Of a DNA stretch of 64,000 nt, positions 49,408 through 59,563 are shown one piece after another. Positions within the stretch are counted from its first letter, which is position 1. Each line of letters starts with the position of its first letter. The translations under genes and the position numbers were made by a program. The notes under the pieces are model-generated. The model ran no database searches, had not been told where the DNA came from, and saw only the letters and a list, made by a program, of their open reading frames with translations. The stretch is from Candidatus Obscuribacterales bacterium (GTDB taxonomy: Bacteria > Cyanobacteriota > Vampirovibrionia > Obscuribacterales > Obscuribacteraceae): positions 800,001 to 864,000 of the forward strand of contig CBDDIJ010000002.1 in assembly GCA_965228855.1 (NCBI GenBank). The letters are read 5' to 3'.

Positions 49408-51816
49408 CTAGTTCTCCAGTCGCTTAACCTGCTCGGACTCAGGATAGTACCGTCTCAGATGTTTTCCGATCACGAGCTTTTCGGCCGCATTGCCGGATTT
49501 CGCTGCCAGTTTGTACTTGGTCCACAGCGCCAGCCAGTTTGACGGATCGAGCATCAGTGATTGGTTCAGCATCATATCTGCCGGCGAATCTGCCTTGGTG
49601 GTGCTTTGCGAGGAACTTTCCATTGGTGAGTCTGTTGACGTTCTTTCGCCCGGCGCATCTTCCGAACCGGCGAGCAGTAGCCCGGCTGCTGCATAAACAG
49701 AGGGCTCGGTCTGGCAGGTCGCCAGCGCCTTGTTGATAAGCGGGCGTGCTTTACTGTGATTGGCATTGCCGGTTTGCAAATAGTATTGCGCCCAGAGAGA
49801 CAAGACTTTTGCCATCACAGGTTTCCTGTCGCTGCGTTTGGCGTAATCAAAGGCGGTCATGAATTTGTCGGTGATTATCTTGTTTGCTTTTGGCATCTCG
49901 TTTTTCTGAGCGGCGATACCGGTTTTTGACAAATAGAGAGCCTCGTTTGCCATTGCCAGGGAAGCGGTAGCCGTGCAGCCCTGGGACACGGCATCGGTTG
50001 CCAGATGCGCCAGTTGATTCGTCGCTGACCTGGCGTTGCCGTGGTTGTAGTAATCTGCAAGGATTCTATTTAGCCGGGCATCAAGCTCTGTCTCAGCTTT
50101 TGGGGTTGTATCCTCGAAATAAATTTTCTGATTGCGATAGTCGATCGTGACACGGTACTGACTGAGAAGGGGATTGCCGATGATTGCAAGCGCGCCACCG
50201 GATATGATACCGCGCGGCGTCTCTTCGTTTTCGTTTGAAGGTGCTACCGAAAAGATTGGATCTTTGATGGACAGCTTGCCGATGTCGAGCGATTTGAAGC
50301 GTATCGCGCCGGTTTTAACCGGCGTTCCGTCGAGACCTTTGATAATCCCTACCGGCAGAAGAGGTTCGGCCGCAACCGCTTTGATTAGAGACTCAGACAC
50401 GTGATTGAAGGCCGCACCGCTGTCAACGAGAAAGGACAACTTCAAGTTGTTGTCGATCACTCCTTCAACTGCAAGACCGGATACGCCCAGCGACGGTTTG
50501 GTCTCCACGGCAACCGCTCCCTCTGGAATCTTGACGCGGTCAGGGTCTTGAAGTAGCAGTTCCTGTTTGTCGTAATCGATGGTGATAAGAAACCGTTTCA
50601 AAATGTTGGCGCCGATAAGACCATGCGGTCTGGTGGCGAGGAATTGCGAAAACTTGGACAGGTCGGCAATTGCTACAGGCACGTTGTCGAGGACGATGTC
50701 TCCGATCTGAAATGTTTTTAGATTTGCAAAACCCATTTTCATTGCGCCAGAGCCGGTTGTGATTGCCACTTCCTCGCTGGGCTTGGCAATCATGTCTCGG
50801 AATGTAGCGGTGTCGACGATTGATTGAGTCGCGCCTGTGTCCAGGATAAATGGGCGGTTTGGTAAACCGTTGACACTGGCCATGACGAGAATTTCATTGG
50901 AAGTGTAATGGAACGGAACTCGAACCGGACCGCTGCGCAGTCTCGCGATCTTTGATTCCGTCGGCATTTTGAAGAAGTTATCAGTGACTTTGATATTGGT
51001 CTCCAGCTTTGTAATTTCTAAAACGCTGACCTTCTTCTTGTCTGAATATTCTATTGCTTTAAACGGTTGAAGGGTGTCGTCGACCGCCCTGTAATCCAAG
51101 TATTCATAAGCCTTCAGGCAATCGACGCCCTGTTCGATGTCGGCACCCTGGTACTCGGAGCGGACAACAAGATTTGTTCCAGGGTCCACGTAGAAAATGG
51201 TAGGTTTGTCGTCATCTGCCACCACGGATAGTGCTTCGCATTTGACGTCGTTGATCACTCTCGGCTCGGCAAGACTCAGTTTTCGACCTTTGTCCAGGAG
51301 CCTCTCGATCAGCAGGAGTCCATGATCCAAATCTTCTTTTACGCGCTTTGCGGTTATTAAATCCGTTGGCATGGCGTTGTTGCCCTGCATCGTCCAACAT
51401 TCTTTGCCATCGTATCCGGTGACTACCGGCTGACCCATGAAGGTGACGGATATCCATTGTTTGCGACCCTGAGAAACGATCTCGCAAGGCAAAGTATTGG
51501 AAGATCCGGACAGAGAAGAGATTTGCTCGACATTGCCTTTTGCTCTATAAGGAGTCGAGTTGAACTTCTTGATTTTCTCCAGACCTCCCAACTTCTCAAT
51601 GATCTTTTCTGCCAGTGCGAGCGCCTTTGACGCTGATGCAGATGAGTCTTCCGAGCTGAGGAGGGTTGTGTTGGCTGTCTGGAGTGATGGTGGTGTCGCA
51701 GGAGTATCAGCTGCGGTGACCGGCGAAACCACAAGTGGTGATATTGCCAGCCAGAACGACAAGGCGCAGAAGAGCGCTCTTTTTTGTGCAGCTTGACAAT
51801 GCGCTCTGCTTTCCAT
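49408..51816 (-). CDS. Secreted protein with two retropepsin-like aspartyl protease domains
   Basis: FILDTGATQS..GLIGANIL and FLVDSGAAFN..IIGNPLL; signal peptide; helical C-terminus. Confidence 0.85.
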   Translation of the reverse strand: MESRAHCQAAQKRALFCALSFWLAISPLVVSPVTAADTPATPPSLQTANTTLLSSEDSSASASKALALAEKIIEKLGGLEKIKKFNSTPYRAKGNVEQISSLSGSSNTLPCEIVSQGRKQWISVTFMGQPVVTGYDGKECWTMQGNNAMPTDLITAKRVKEDLDHGLLLIERLLDKGRKLSLAEPRVINDVKCEALSVVADDDKPTIFYVDPGTNLVVRSEYQGADIEQGVDCLKAYEYLDYRAVDDTLQPFKAIEYSDKKKVSVLEITKLETNIKVTDNFFKMPTESKIARLRSGPVRVPFHYTSNEILVMASVNGLPNRPFILDTGATQSIVDTATFRDMIAKPSEEVAITTGSGAMKMGFANLKTFQIGDIVLDNVPVAIADLSKFSQFLATRPHGLIGANILKRFLITIDYDKQELLLQDPDRVKIPEGAVAVETKPSLGVSGLAVEGVIDNNLKLSFLVDSGAAFNHVSESLIKAVAAEPLLPVGIIKGLDGTPVKTGAIRFKSLDIGKLSIKDPIFSVAPSNENEETPRGIISGGALAIIGNPLLSQYRVTIDYRNQKIYFEDTTPKAETELDARLNRILADYYNHGNARSATNQLAHLATDAVSQGCTATASLAMANEALYLSKTGIAAQKNEMPKANKIITDKFMTAFDYAKRSDRKPVMAKVLSLWAQYYLQTGNANHSKARPLINKALATCQTEPSVYAAAGLLLAGSEDAPGERTSTDSPMESSSQSTTKADSPADMMLNQSLMLDPSNWLALWTKYKLAAKSGNAAEKLVIGKHLRRYYPESEQVKRLEN

Positions 51817-51934
51817 ACTTAGATTCCGGAGGAGAAACAAATACTCATTATGGCAAACTCCGGCGAAGCATCGGGTAAAATAGCGCAACTCGGCACACAT
51901 TTGCGTGGCGCCGTCTTTGAGTGAGAGCTTTCAG

Positions 51935-52831
51935 ATGTCTTACGCTCGTGTGGAGTCAGGTCCGTCAGTGCTTGAACTTGTACAGTCTATTGAGTCGCTG
52001 CGCCAGTGGAGAGCGAGGATGCTCAAATCCGGCGATGACTCCGGTCGTCTCAGGCTCGGGTTGGTTCCGACTATGGGCTATCTGCACGAGGGGCACCTCT
52101 CACTTGTTGAGCGAGCAAGAGAGTCTTGCGATCTGGTAGTGGTTTCAATCTTCGTCAATCCGCTCCAATTTGGGCCAAATGAGGACTTCGAGCGTTATCC
52201 TCGTGATCTGGAACGGGATCTATCATTGCTTCGCGGTGCGAAAGTCGATTGCGTTTTTAATCCGACAGCCGAAGATGTTTATGGAAACGGTCATCGTCCC
52301 GGCACACATGTGGTGCCTCCGCAATGGCTGATCGAGCGTCTCTGCGGAGAGTTTCGTCCTGGTCACTTTGAGGGCGTGGCCACAGTGGTCGCAAAGCTGT
52401 TCAACATTGTCCAACCCGATATCGCCTACTTTGGAGAAAAGGACTATCAGCAGTTGCTGGTGATCAAGCACATGGTCAAGGACTTGAACATGAACTTGAA
52501 TGTACAGGGTGTTCCAATTGTGCGTGAGTCCGACGGGCTGGCGATGAGCTCTCGCAATGTTTATTTGTCTGAGAGCGGCAGAAAAAAGGCACCGATCATT
52601 CACGAAGTTTTGAGCGAGGTCAAATCGGCCGTACAGCGAAAAGCGTCTGTTCAAGAGGCAATCGCGAAGGGCAAACAAAAATTGATCGACAATGGTTTCG
52701 AAGTTCAGTATTTGGAACTTTGTCGAGCCGACACGCTGGAGCCGGCAAATGATAGCGAGAAGCCGGTGGTCATCCTGGTCGCGGCGAAGCTAGATAAAGT
52801 TCGCTTGATCGATAATATGATCGTTTCGTAA
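51935..52831 (+). CDS. panC: Pantoate-beta-alanine ligase
   Basis: VPTMGYLHEGHLSL, SIFVNPLQFGPNEDF.RYPR, RPGHFEGV, FGEKDYQQ, GLAMSSRN, RLIDN. Confidence 0.97.
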   Translation: MSYARVESGPSVLELVQSIESLRQWRARMLKSGDDSGRLRLGLVPTMGYLHEGHLSLVERARESCDLVVVSIFVNPLQFGPNEDFERYPRDLERDLSLLRGAKVDCVFNPTAEDVYGNGHRPGTHVVPPQWLIERLCGEFRPGHFEGVATVVAKLFNIVQPDIAYFGEKDYQQLLVIKHMVKDLNMNLNVQGVPIVRESDGLAMSSRNVYLSESGRKKAPIIHEVLSEVKSAVQRKASVQEAIAKGKQKLIDNGFEVQYLELCRADTLEPANDSEKPVVILVAAKLDKVRLIDNMIVS

Positions 52832-52838
52832 ACGCGAT

Positions 52839-53819
52839 CTAGAACTTCAGGGTTTTTTCAAGCAGCGATCCGGTCTTCGCGAGCCTGGATCGTTTTTCAG
52901 TAACCAGCAGCTCATCTATAGCTTGCTTACGCAATTCGGGTGTTAAAAAACCGCGAGCAAAATCACCGCTTTCAATTCTTTGTAGAATTCGTTTCAATTT
53001 ATTTCGTGTTCGATTATCGACGATTTCGTCGCCGGTCAAGGCAGAGCCGTACTTCGCGGTAGTTGAGATGGCCTCGCGCATTCCGTCAATGCCGCGTTCG
53101 AACAAAAGGTCCGCGATTAATTTGACTTCTTTGAGGCAAGAAATGTAGGCAAGTTCCGGTTGGTATCCGGACTCGACCAGGGTGTCGAAACTGGCTTTTA
53201 TTAAGGCAGGAACGCCACCACACAATACGGATTGTTCACAAAACAAATCTGTAACAGTTTCTTCTTCGAATGTTGTTTCGATTGCTCCTGCTCTTGTGCA
53301 GCCGATGCCGCGAGCAAAGGCGAGACACTTCTCAAAAGCGCGCCCGCTGCCGTTTTGCGCGACTGCAATTAACGCGGGTAAACCGCTGTTTTCTTCATAC
53401 AAACTTCGCAATTTTCTTCCAGGTCCAGTCGGCGCAACCAGAATAATGTCCGAATCGCTTGGTAGATGGACGATCTTGTTGTGTATTGCAAAACCGTGTG
53501 CAAAAACAAACGTTCTGTGAGATGTCAAGTATGGTTCGATAGAGTGTCGGTAAACATTCTCGATAACCTCGTCTGGGAGCAGGATTGCAAGAACATCACA
53601 ATTTGCTGCAATCTCTTCTATTGTTTGCGGTGCGAATTTGTCTTTCAGGGCTGCCGCTTCTGACGGGCTTCCGGGTCTGGCGGCGACGCGGACCGAAAGC
53701 CCGCTATCACGCAGGTTTAAGGCTTGTGCTCTGCCCTGATTTCCGTACCCGATTATTCCAATTACTGAATCTTGAAGTTCGCCGATTGTTGTATCGCGAT
53801 CGTAATATATTTTTGCCAT
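52839..53819 (-). CDS. ilvC: Ketol-acid reductoisomerase
   Basis: IGYGNQGRAQALNLRDSG, LLPDE, FAHGF, TTFEEET.TDLF.EQ.VLCGG, ISTTAKYG. Confidence 0.93.
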   Translation of the reverse strand: MAKIYYDRDTTIGELQDSVIGIIGYGNQGRAQALNLRDSGLSVRVAARPGSPSEAAALKDKFAPQTIEEIAANCDVLAILLPDEVIENVYRHSIEPYLTSHRTFVFAHGFAIHNKIVHLPSDSDIILVAPTGPGRKLRSLYEENSGLPALIAVAQNGSGRAFEKCLAFARGIGCTRAGAIETTFEEETVTDLFCEQSVLCGGVPALIKASFDTLVESGYQPELAYISCLKEVKLIADLLFERGIDGMREAISTTAKYGSALTGDEIVDNRTRNKLKRILQRIESGDFARGFLTPELRKQAIDELLVTEKRSRLAKTGSLLEKTLKF

Positions 53820-54086
53820 ATATGGTGAGAACCCGCTTGAGACGCCGCCCCGAAGATTTTATCTTTGCGCGATTATACAAAAGTACTACTGGTATCACGC
53901 GACATGTAACAGCATCTTATATAGTATTGGTGCCATTTTTCAGTTGCTGGTTACAGGAAAGGTTAAACCTTCGGGAGAGGTCTTGTCTTCCGATATTAAC
54001 CTGTCTATTCTGTTCATGTGCGGTCGGCCACCTTAGTAAAAAACCGGAGTTTGATGGGTTTACATTAATCACTCCGCGGTCGGCGA

Positions 54087-55286
54087 TTGCGCATTTACGG
54101 GAGGCGTTTCGTGTTTTTCTCGGGACAAGTTACACCGAACTCGGTAGCCGGCGGGCTGGGCCAGTTGCAAGCTTCGGGCACTCAGGTCGCAGAGGTGTGC
54201 ATCATCGGCGATGGCGCAGCAGAGAGACTGGCTCTTGCAAATTTAGTGGGTGCGCACAAAGTTTTGATATTCGCAGACGGCATTATTAGCCCGTATCCGA
54301 ATCTTGAACAATTGCAAGTTCGTGAGTATGAAGTTAGAGAACGAGGCGCTGCCGTTTGCTCCCAGCGTGGTGCTACCAGGATTGATGTTAAAAACGTAGA
54401 CAGAGTGGATGATTTGCGTAACGCTGACGGAATCGTCATCGATGCGCCTACCACCAGATACGGTGCCATCGTCGAAAAACTCGCAGCATCGTTCCGCGAT
54501 CATCAAACTATCGTTTTGATAAATGCCTCTCTCGGAGCGGGTCTTGAGTTCCGAGCGCTACTGGGCAAGCATAAGGTCAAACACCAGGTCAATATTATTG
54601 AAACAGGAAGACTTTTCGATTCGGCTCGAGTTGAATCAGGTGTTCTTCTGATCTCCGGTTTGCGGCATAAAGTGGGCGTCTGCGGTTTGGAGCGCAATGA
54701 AACTCGGCGCGGTTTACCTGTGGCTAGCGCCGTGGTGAAGGAGATTGTTCCGTTCTCGAGCGTTCTGGAACGGGGTCTTACCGACGCCGAGCGCGTAGTG
54801 AGACCGGCAATTCTGTTGTCGGCTCTGATCGCTGATGACATGGAGCTGGCGGTCAATGCATCAGTCGTCAAAATTTTGCAAGCGTTAGATCGCGAAGTGC
54901 AAGGTCTGGCAAAATCTTTTCAATGTGTCGTTCCTGGATTCACGCGTAATCTGCAGGACTTTGCCTCGTTTGAGCCGGGCATGAACCGCTCCAAGTCGGC
55001 GACTCTAGAGGGCACCTTGTCGGCACTGGGAGTAGGTCTGTTCGGTGGAACAGAGGCGACCAGAGAGACCTATATCGAGATGTTAATCGAAGATGTATGC
55101 GAATCGCTTACTCTTTTGGCGGACATGGGAGTTCTTAGCCATTCCCCAGTAGGCGTTATCTCAAGCATCGTGGAAATGGCATCAGTTGTAGTTGGAGAGG
55201 ACCTCAACAAGCGCGGAAGAAAACTTTCGTCGCTAGGCTTGATCGGTTTTGATACTGAAGAAATCATCGAGATCGTTAACGCTTGA
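54087..55286 (+). CDS. Divergent opine (octopine/nopaline) dehydrogenase-like protein; start uncertain
   Basis: Degenerate Rossmann VCIIGDG, GAGLEF, SVLERGL, ALDREV, IEDV pattern. Confidence 0.55.
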   Translation: MRIYGRRFVFFSGQVTPNSVAGGLGQLQASGTQVAEVCIIGDGAAERLALANLVGAHKVLIFADGIISPYPNLEQLQVREYEVRERGAAVCSQRGATRIDVKNVDRVDDLRNADGIVIDAPTTRYGAIVEKLAASFRDHQTIVLINASLGAGLEFRALLGKHKVKHQVNIIETGRLFDSARVESGVLLISGLRHKVGVCGLERNETRRGLPVASAVVKEIVPFSSVLERGLTDAERVVRPAILLSALIADDMELAVNASVVKILQALDREVQGLAKSFQCVVPGFTRNLQDFASFEPGMNRSKSATLEGTLSALGVGLFGGTEATRETYIEMLIEDVCESLTLLADMGVLSHSPVGVISSIVEMASVVVGEDLNKRGRKLSSLGLIGFDTEEIIEIVNA

Positions 55287-55989
55287 GCGTTGTCTGGTTG
55301 AACGGTTGATCGATTTACATCTTTCAGATTCTCGCGGCTGAGGCAGGCGAGAATGGTTTTTCTGTAAACGAGAACGATTTCGTGCGAGGAAACGATTGCG
55401 GAGGGTATTCCGGATGACTGATTGCCGTGATGTCAGGTGCTTGCGCAGGTTGTCGCAATTGATCCTGTTGGCATGTGGGTTTGTCTGTTGACAAGCTTGT
55501 GAGGCTTGATTTGATTTCGGTTTCAACGCCTTTCGTTTTGCTTAATATATTGCGCGCTTTGCGTCACACTTTTGTTGTCAGTAGCAAGTGGTGGCACATT
55601 TGGTGCCCCATAAGCGGCTTGAAAATGATTTGAGCTCGTCCATAATTCGCTCAAGAAGATGGTTTTCAAGAACTTGAACCGACCTTTGCTATATCAATAC
55701 TTTTAAATACTCATTACTTTTTCCTGCCAACATTTTCGGCTTATCTCACCAAAGACAAGCACAAAGCCTCCTAACCACTCGTTTTAACTGTCACTGAGTG
55801 ACTGGTAGGGAAGCTGTCTTTTTCTTTCACGTGGAATTCTGCTCGAAGCGGATTCTACTCCGGAGGTCGCGTTAACGATTTCCGACTCTTCGCAAGGGAC
55901 ACGGCTGGTGCGTACAAGACAAGTGCGTTCCTCGCCTGGTCGTGAACATATACTCGGCTGCAAAGCCGCGAACGAGAAGGGCTAAATAG

Positions 55990-57123
55990 ATGCTCAAATT
56001 TACCGTGGCAAACTATCCTGAGTTACTCGGGTACACGAAAGTTTGTCAGGTGTCTGATGAGGACATCTGGCAGCACCTCGTGTCACCGATGACGAAGGGG
56101 CTTTTGGGAGGCATCGTCGAGATTCGACCTCCTCGAGTGATTGAGTCGCTCGAAGGTCTTTTCCCTGGCGACCACGCTGCCAACCTCAACGACCACCGCA
56201 TGTTCGGTGGGCAGCGAGGTTTCGTGCGTTTTCCCTATGTGACCAACTTCTGCAAAACCGAGAATGGTGCGTTCATCGTCAAGCGAGATGGCGTCAAGTT
56301 CGAGGTGTTCTGCTGGTTTGGTGACGTTGAGAAAGGCAAGGGCGAGATGATTCTCAAAGCGGGTCTTCGCGACCGTCGCTTTGACGGCACTGTGCGTGCC
56401 AATGATTCAGCTCTGCTCGATTATCCTTACGACGACCCGATTCTGCACCGTCCGCTCAGTCCGGACTTCAGCTCTCTCGAGTTGTCGATTTACGCTTTCC
56501 TGCCCGGCTCTCGCATCACGGACGTGATCAGCGATGCCGAGTACGAGCGCTTCGTGACGCAGCCCTACACCTTCTGCAACAAGCCCGAGGAATTCATCAA
56601 GTTCTTCAATATGGCTTGGGCGTCGAAGCGTGCTCCTGGTCAGCAGGCTGCTCCGATTCCGGACGTCGCTCCCTTCGTCCTGCGCGGTTTCCAGCGAATC
56701 GCTGAGGACCTGGGCTACGACTTCCTGGAGATGGCTCCGAGCCACTATCACGTTGCTCGCTGGGGACTCGGCGGAGACTACCTCTTCCGCGACCCGGTTC
56801 AGGAGGCTACGTTCAATGCGTTCAGCGAGGGACTGGAGCGCATTCGCGCATCCGGTATGCCGCTGACTCGCTCGCAGCAGTCGTGGGTCTGCGTTGTTCA
56901 GAGCTTGCAGCCGTCCAGCCGTATACCGGTTGCGCTGCGGCTCTCCGGTCCCCAGTGGCCGCAGGACAACATCGGACCCAAGGTGCTCTGGCTCTATAAG
57001 CCGCTATCCGAGCGCGCGAAGGGTTTCAAGCCCGCGCCGCTCCACGTGGCCGAGCCTGCTGTTTCTGTCGCTGGAGGTAGCTCGTCTGCCTCCGGTTTCG
57101 CTGTTGTTGCTCCCAAAGAGTGA
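55990..57123 (+). CDS. Hypothetical protein, tandem paralog 1
   Basis: Shares LRDRRFDGT.RAND, PGSRI, APSHYHVA and WPQDNIGP motifs with the next gene. Confidence 0.85.
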   Translation: MLKFTVANYPELLGYTKVCQVSDEDIWQHLVSPMTKGLLGGIVEIRPPRVIESLEGLFPGDHAANLNDHRMFGGQRGFVRFPYVTNFCKTENGAFIVKRDGVKFEVFCWFGDVEKGKGEMILKAGLRDRRFDGTVRANDSALLDYPYDDPILHRPLSPDFSSLELSIYAFLPGSRITDVISDAEYERFVTQPYTFCNKPEEFIKFFNMAWASKRAPGQQAAPIPDVAPFVLRGFQRIAEDLGYDFLEMAPSHYHVARWGLGGDYLFRDPVQEATFNAFSEGLERIRASGMPLTRSQQSWVCVVQSLQPSSRIPVALRLSGPQWPQDNIGPKVLWLYKPLSERAKGFKPAPLHVAEPAVSVAGGSSSASGFAVVAPKE

Positions 57124-57127
57124 GCGC

Positions 57128-57165
57128 ACGGGAGTGTGGCAGTCGCCGCACTCCCGTTGATTTTT
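57128..57165 (+). terminator. Intrinsic terminator
   Basis: ACGGGAGTGTGGC/GCCGCACTCCCGT followed by a T-rich tail. Confidence 0.75.
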
Positions 57166-57241
57166 ATCAGCGTCCTCTTACTTCAAGTGCAATGGTTTCC
57201 CCGAACCATGCGGATAGCTTATAACACGGGAGACCCCTAAT

Positions 57242-58336
57242 ATGGCTAACCACAAATTCTCTAGCCCGAACATCACTGAAATGCTCGGGGTTACTCCTAT
57301 TGCTCTTGTCACGGACGAAGAAATCTGGACGCGGTTGGTCACGCCCCAGGTCAAAGCTTTGCTCGGTGACATTGTTTCCAGCAAGGTTGAACTCCGTGAA
57401 ACCGTCGATGGAACCTTCAATGGCGATGAAGTGACCAACTTCAACGACCACCGTCTCTACGGCGGCAAGGAGGGTTTCAAGTACATTCGTTTCCCCTACA
57501 TCCACTCGCACTACAAGACCACTTACGGCTCGCTCGTCATCAAGCGCGACGGCGCGAAGTTCAAGGTCCTCGGATACGTCGGCAATGTCGAGAAGGGTCC
57601 GTTCGACCTGATCTTCAAGGTCGCTCTGCGTGACCGCCGCTTCGACGGAACGGCTCGCGCCAACGACTGCTCGCTGGTGGACTTCATCGGTTACGAAGAT
57701 CCCACGCTCAACCACACCCTGCAGATTGCGGGGCTGGTCGAGAACGCGACAGCAGTCGAGCTGTCCACCTACGGCTTCATGCCCGGCAGTCGCATTGTCG
57801 ACGCCACTGGTGACGAGCAGCTCGATGAGTTTGTTCGCAATCCGTACCTGTTCGTCGGCAAGCCGAAAACCTGGCTGCGCCTGTTCAAGAAGGCGTGGAA
57901 GTCGAAGCGTTCGCCCGGTCAGAACGGCAACCCCGTTCCGGACATCGCTCGCCTGGTGCCCAACATCGTCGAAGCCATGGCTTTCGAGCGTGGTTACGAC
58001 TACATGGAAAACGCACCCAGCCACTATCATGTGGCTAAGTGGGCGGAGAGCTGCAAGTACTGGTATTCCGACCCGGAACAGGCTGCAGCCCTCAAGGCTC
58101 TGGGTGCCGGTATTGCAAGCGTCAAGGCAGCCGGCGAGACGTTGACTCGTCCGCAAGAGTCCTGGCTTGTCGCGATGCAGAGCCTGCCGAAGGAATTCAT
58201 TCCCGAGAAGTTTTACTTCGGCGGCGCCAAGTGGCCTCAGGACAACATCGGTCCCGAGAACCTCTGGATGTACAAGCCTTTGTCCGACCGCGCCAAAGCA
58301 TCAGCAGCTGCTGTTGCCGCGGCGAGTTCGAAATAG
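57242..58336 (+). CDS. Hypothetical protein, tandem paralog 2
   Basis: Colinear similarity with 55990..57123 over the full length. Confidence 0.85.
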   Translation: MANHKFSSPNITEMLGVTPIALVTDEEIWTRLVTPQVKALLGDIVSSKVELRETVDGTFNGDEVTNFNDHRLYGGKEGFKYIRFPYIHSHYKTTYGSLVIKRDGAKFKVLGYVGNVEKGPFDLIFKVALRDRRFDGTARANDCSLVDFIGYEDPTLNHTLQIAGLVENATAVELSTYGFMPGSRIVDATGDEQLDEFVRNPYLFVGKPKTWLRLFKKAWKSKRSPGQNGNPVPDIARLVPNIVEAMAFERGYDYMENAPSHYHVAKWAESCKYWYSDPEQAAALKALGAGIASVKAAGETLTRPQESWLVAMQSLPKEFIPEKFYFGGAKWPQDNIGPENLWMYKPLSDRAKASAAAVAAASSK

Positions 58337-58344
58337 CGTTTCGT

Positions 58345-58392
58345 GGCGGCGGATTTTCAGGCTCACCCCTGAACTTCCGCCGCCCTTTTTTT
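58345..58392 (+). terminator. Intrinsic terminator
   Basis: GGCGGCGGA/TCCGCCGCC followed by T7. Confidence 0.8.
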
Positions 58393-58571
58393 CGATCCAC
58401 TACTATATGCCGGCGTTGAACATTGTTGGAGGCGGTGTCTCGAAAGGCATGCTGTTACTGCGTCATGCCGATGCGGGTGAGACAGGCGGCAGATTTGCAG
58501 TGTCTTTTGGCAACGAGAGAGCGACGGATTTCGCGAATTCCGTCATAGTGGCGTAGATAGTGTGTTAGGTG

Positions 58572-59534
58572 TCAAGCCAGAGTGCTGTTAAACCTGGAAT
58601 CGAATGGTTGTTTCGAGCGATATACAGCGACCATCATACGGAGAAGTTTGCGTGAGGCGGCACAAACAATTACTTTTCTGTTTTTTCCCTTTGCTGCCAG
58701 TCGTTTAGCGAATTCAGCCACTGGCGGATTAAACCGAGTGGCGGTAAGGGCGGCCATGTACAACATGCTGCGGATCACTGGATTTCCCATCTTCGAAATT
58801 CTGGAACGTCCTCGGACTGAAGAACCGGACTCACGGATCATGGGATTCAGACCACAGAATGCTTCGATCTGGCGCAAGCTCGTAAACGAGTCCATCATCG
58901 ACAGTTCTGAGAGAAACGTGAATGCTGTTCTCCAGCCGACGCCCTTAATCGTCTGGAGTAATTTAGCGTTGCTTTTCAAAGCAGGATTCTCGGAGACCAG
59001 CGTCTTCGCCAGCTTTTCCAGTGTTTGAATTTCGTTGGTAATGAACTTCAACATACGCATCTGAGAGTCTAAAGCGCGCTGGTCCAGGCGTCCCGATTTC
59101 ATTCGATTTGTGACTTGGGTTTTGGTTTTCTTTAGCGCAGCGAGCTCTCTACAAATGTCTCTCAGGGAGCGAATGTCAGGATCCATCGGAGACCAAGGAA
59201 GGGGCTCCATTTTAAAACAAAAGTCGGCGATGATTTCCGCATCGATTGCGTCGGTTTTTGAACGTCTAAATTGGCTCTTGCCGAAGGCGTGTATCAGCGC
59301 TGGATTTACCACGCTGACTCGATAGCCAAGTTTGTGTAGAAACTCCGCAAGGGGCTCCCAGAGCTTCCCCGTAGCTTCCATGCAAAAGTGAACATCCTTA
59401 CCGGATGCTTGAATCCATTTGACTATTCTCTTGAACCCAGCTGGGTTATTGCTGACGTGCAGCTTCGAATTCTTCCTGTCCTGGCGATGGCAGTCTAACG
59501 TCTCCTTCGATACGTCGATTCCAACAAAGATCAT
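58572..59534 (-). CDS. IS110-family DEDD transposase / bridge recombinase
   Basis: VGIDVSK, MEATG, KTDAIDA (D-E-D-D); TIKGVG, GLNP..RESGSS..G..RISKMGN; AGGAG RBS. Confidence 0.96.
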   Translation of the reverse strand: MIFVGIDVSKETLDCHRQDRKNSKLHVSNNPAGFKRIVKWIQASGKDVHFCMEATGKLWEPLAEFLHKLGYRVSVVNPALIHAFGKSQFRRSKTDAIDAEIIADFCFKMEPLPWSPMDPDIRSLRDICRELAALKKTKTQVTNRMKSGRLDQRALDSQMRMLKFITNEIQTLEKLAKTLVSENPALKSNAKLLQTIKGVGWRTAFTFLSELSMMDSFTSLRQIEAFCGLNPMIRESGSSVRGRSRISKMGNPVIRSMLYMAALTATRFNPPVAEFAKRLAAKGKNRKVIVCAASRKLLRMMVAVYRSKQPFDSRFNSTLA

Positions 59535-59563
59535 TGCTCCTACCTCCTGTTGCTGGTTCGCTT

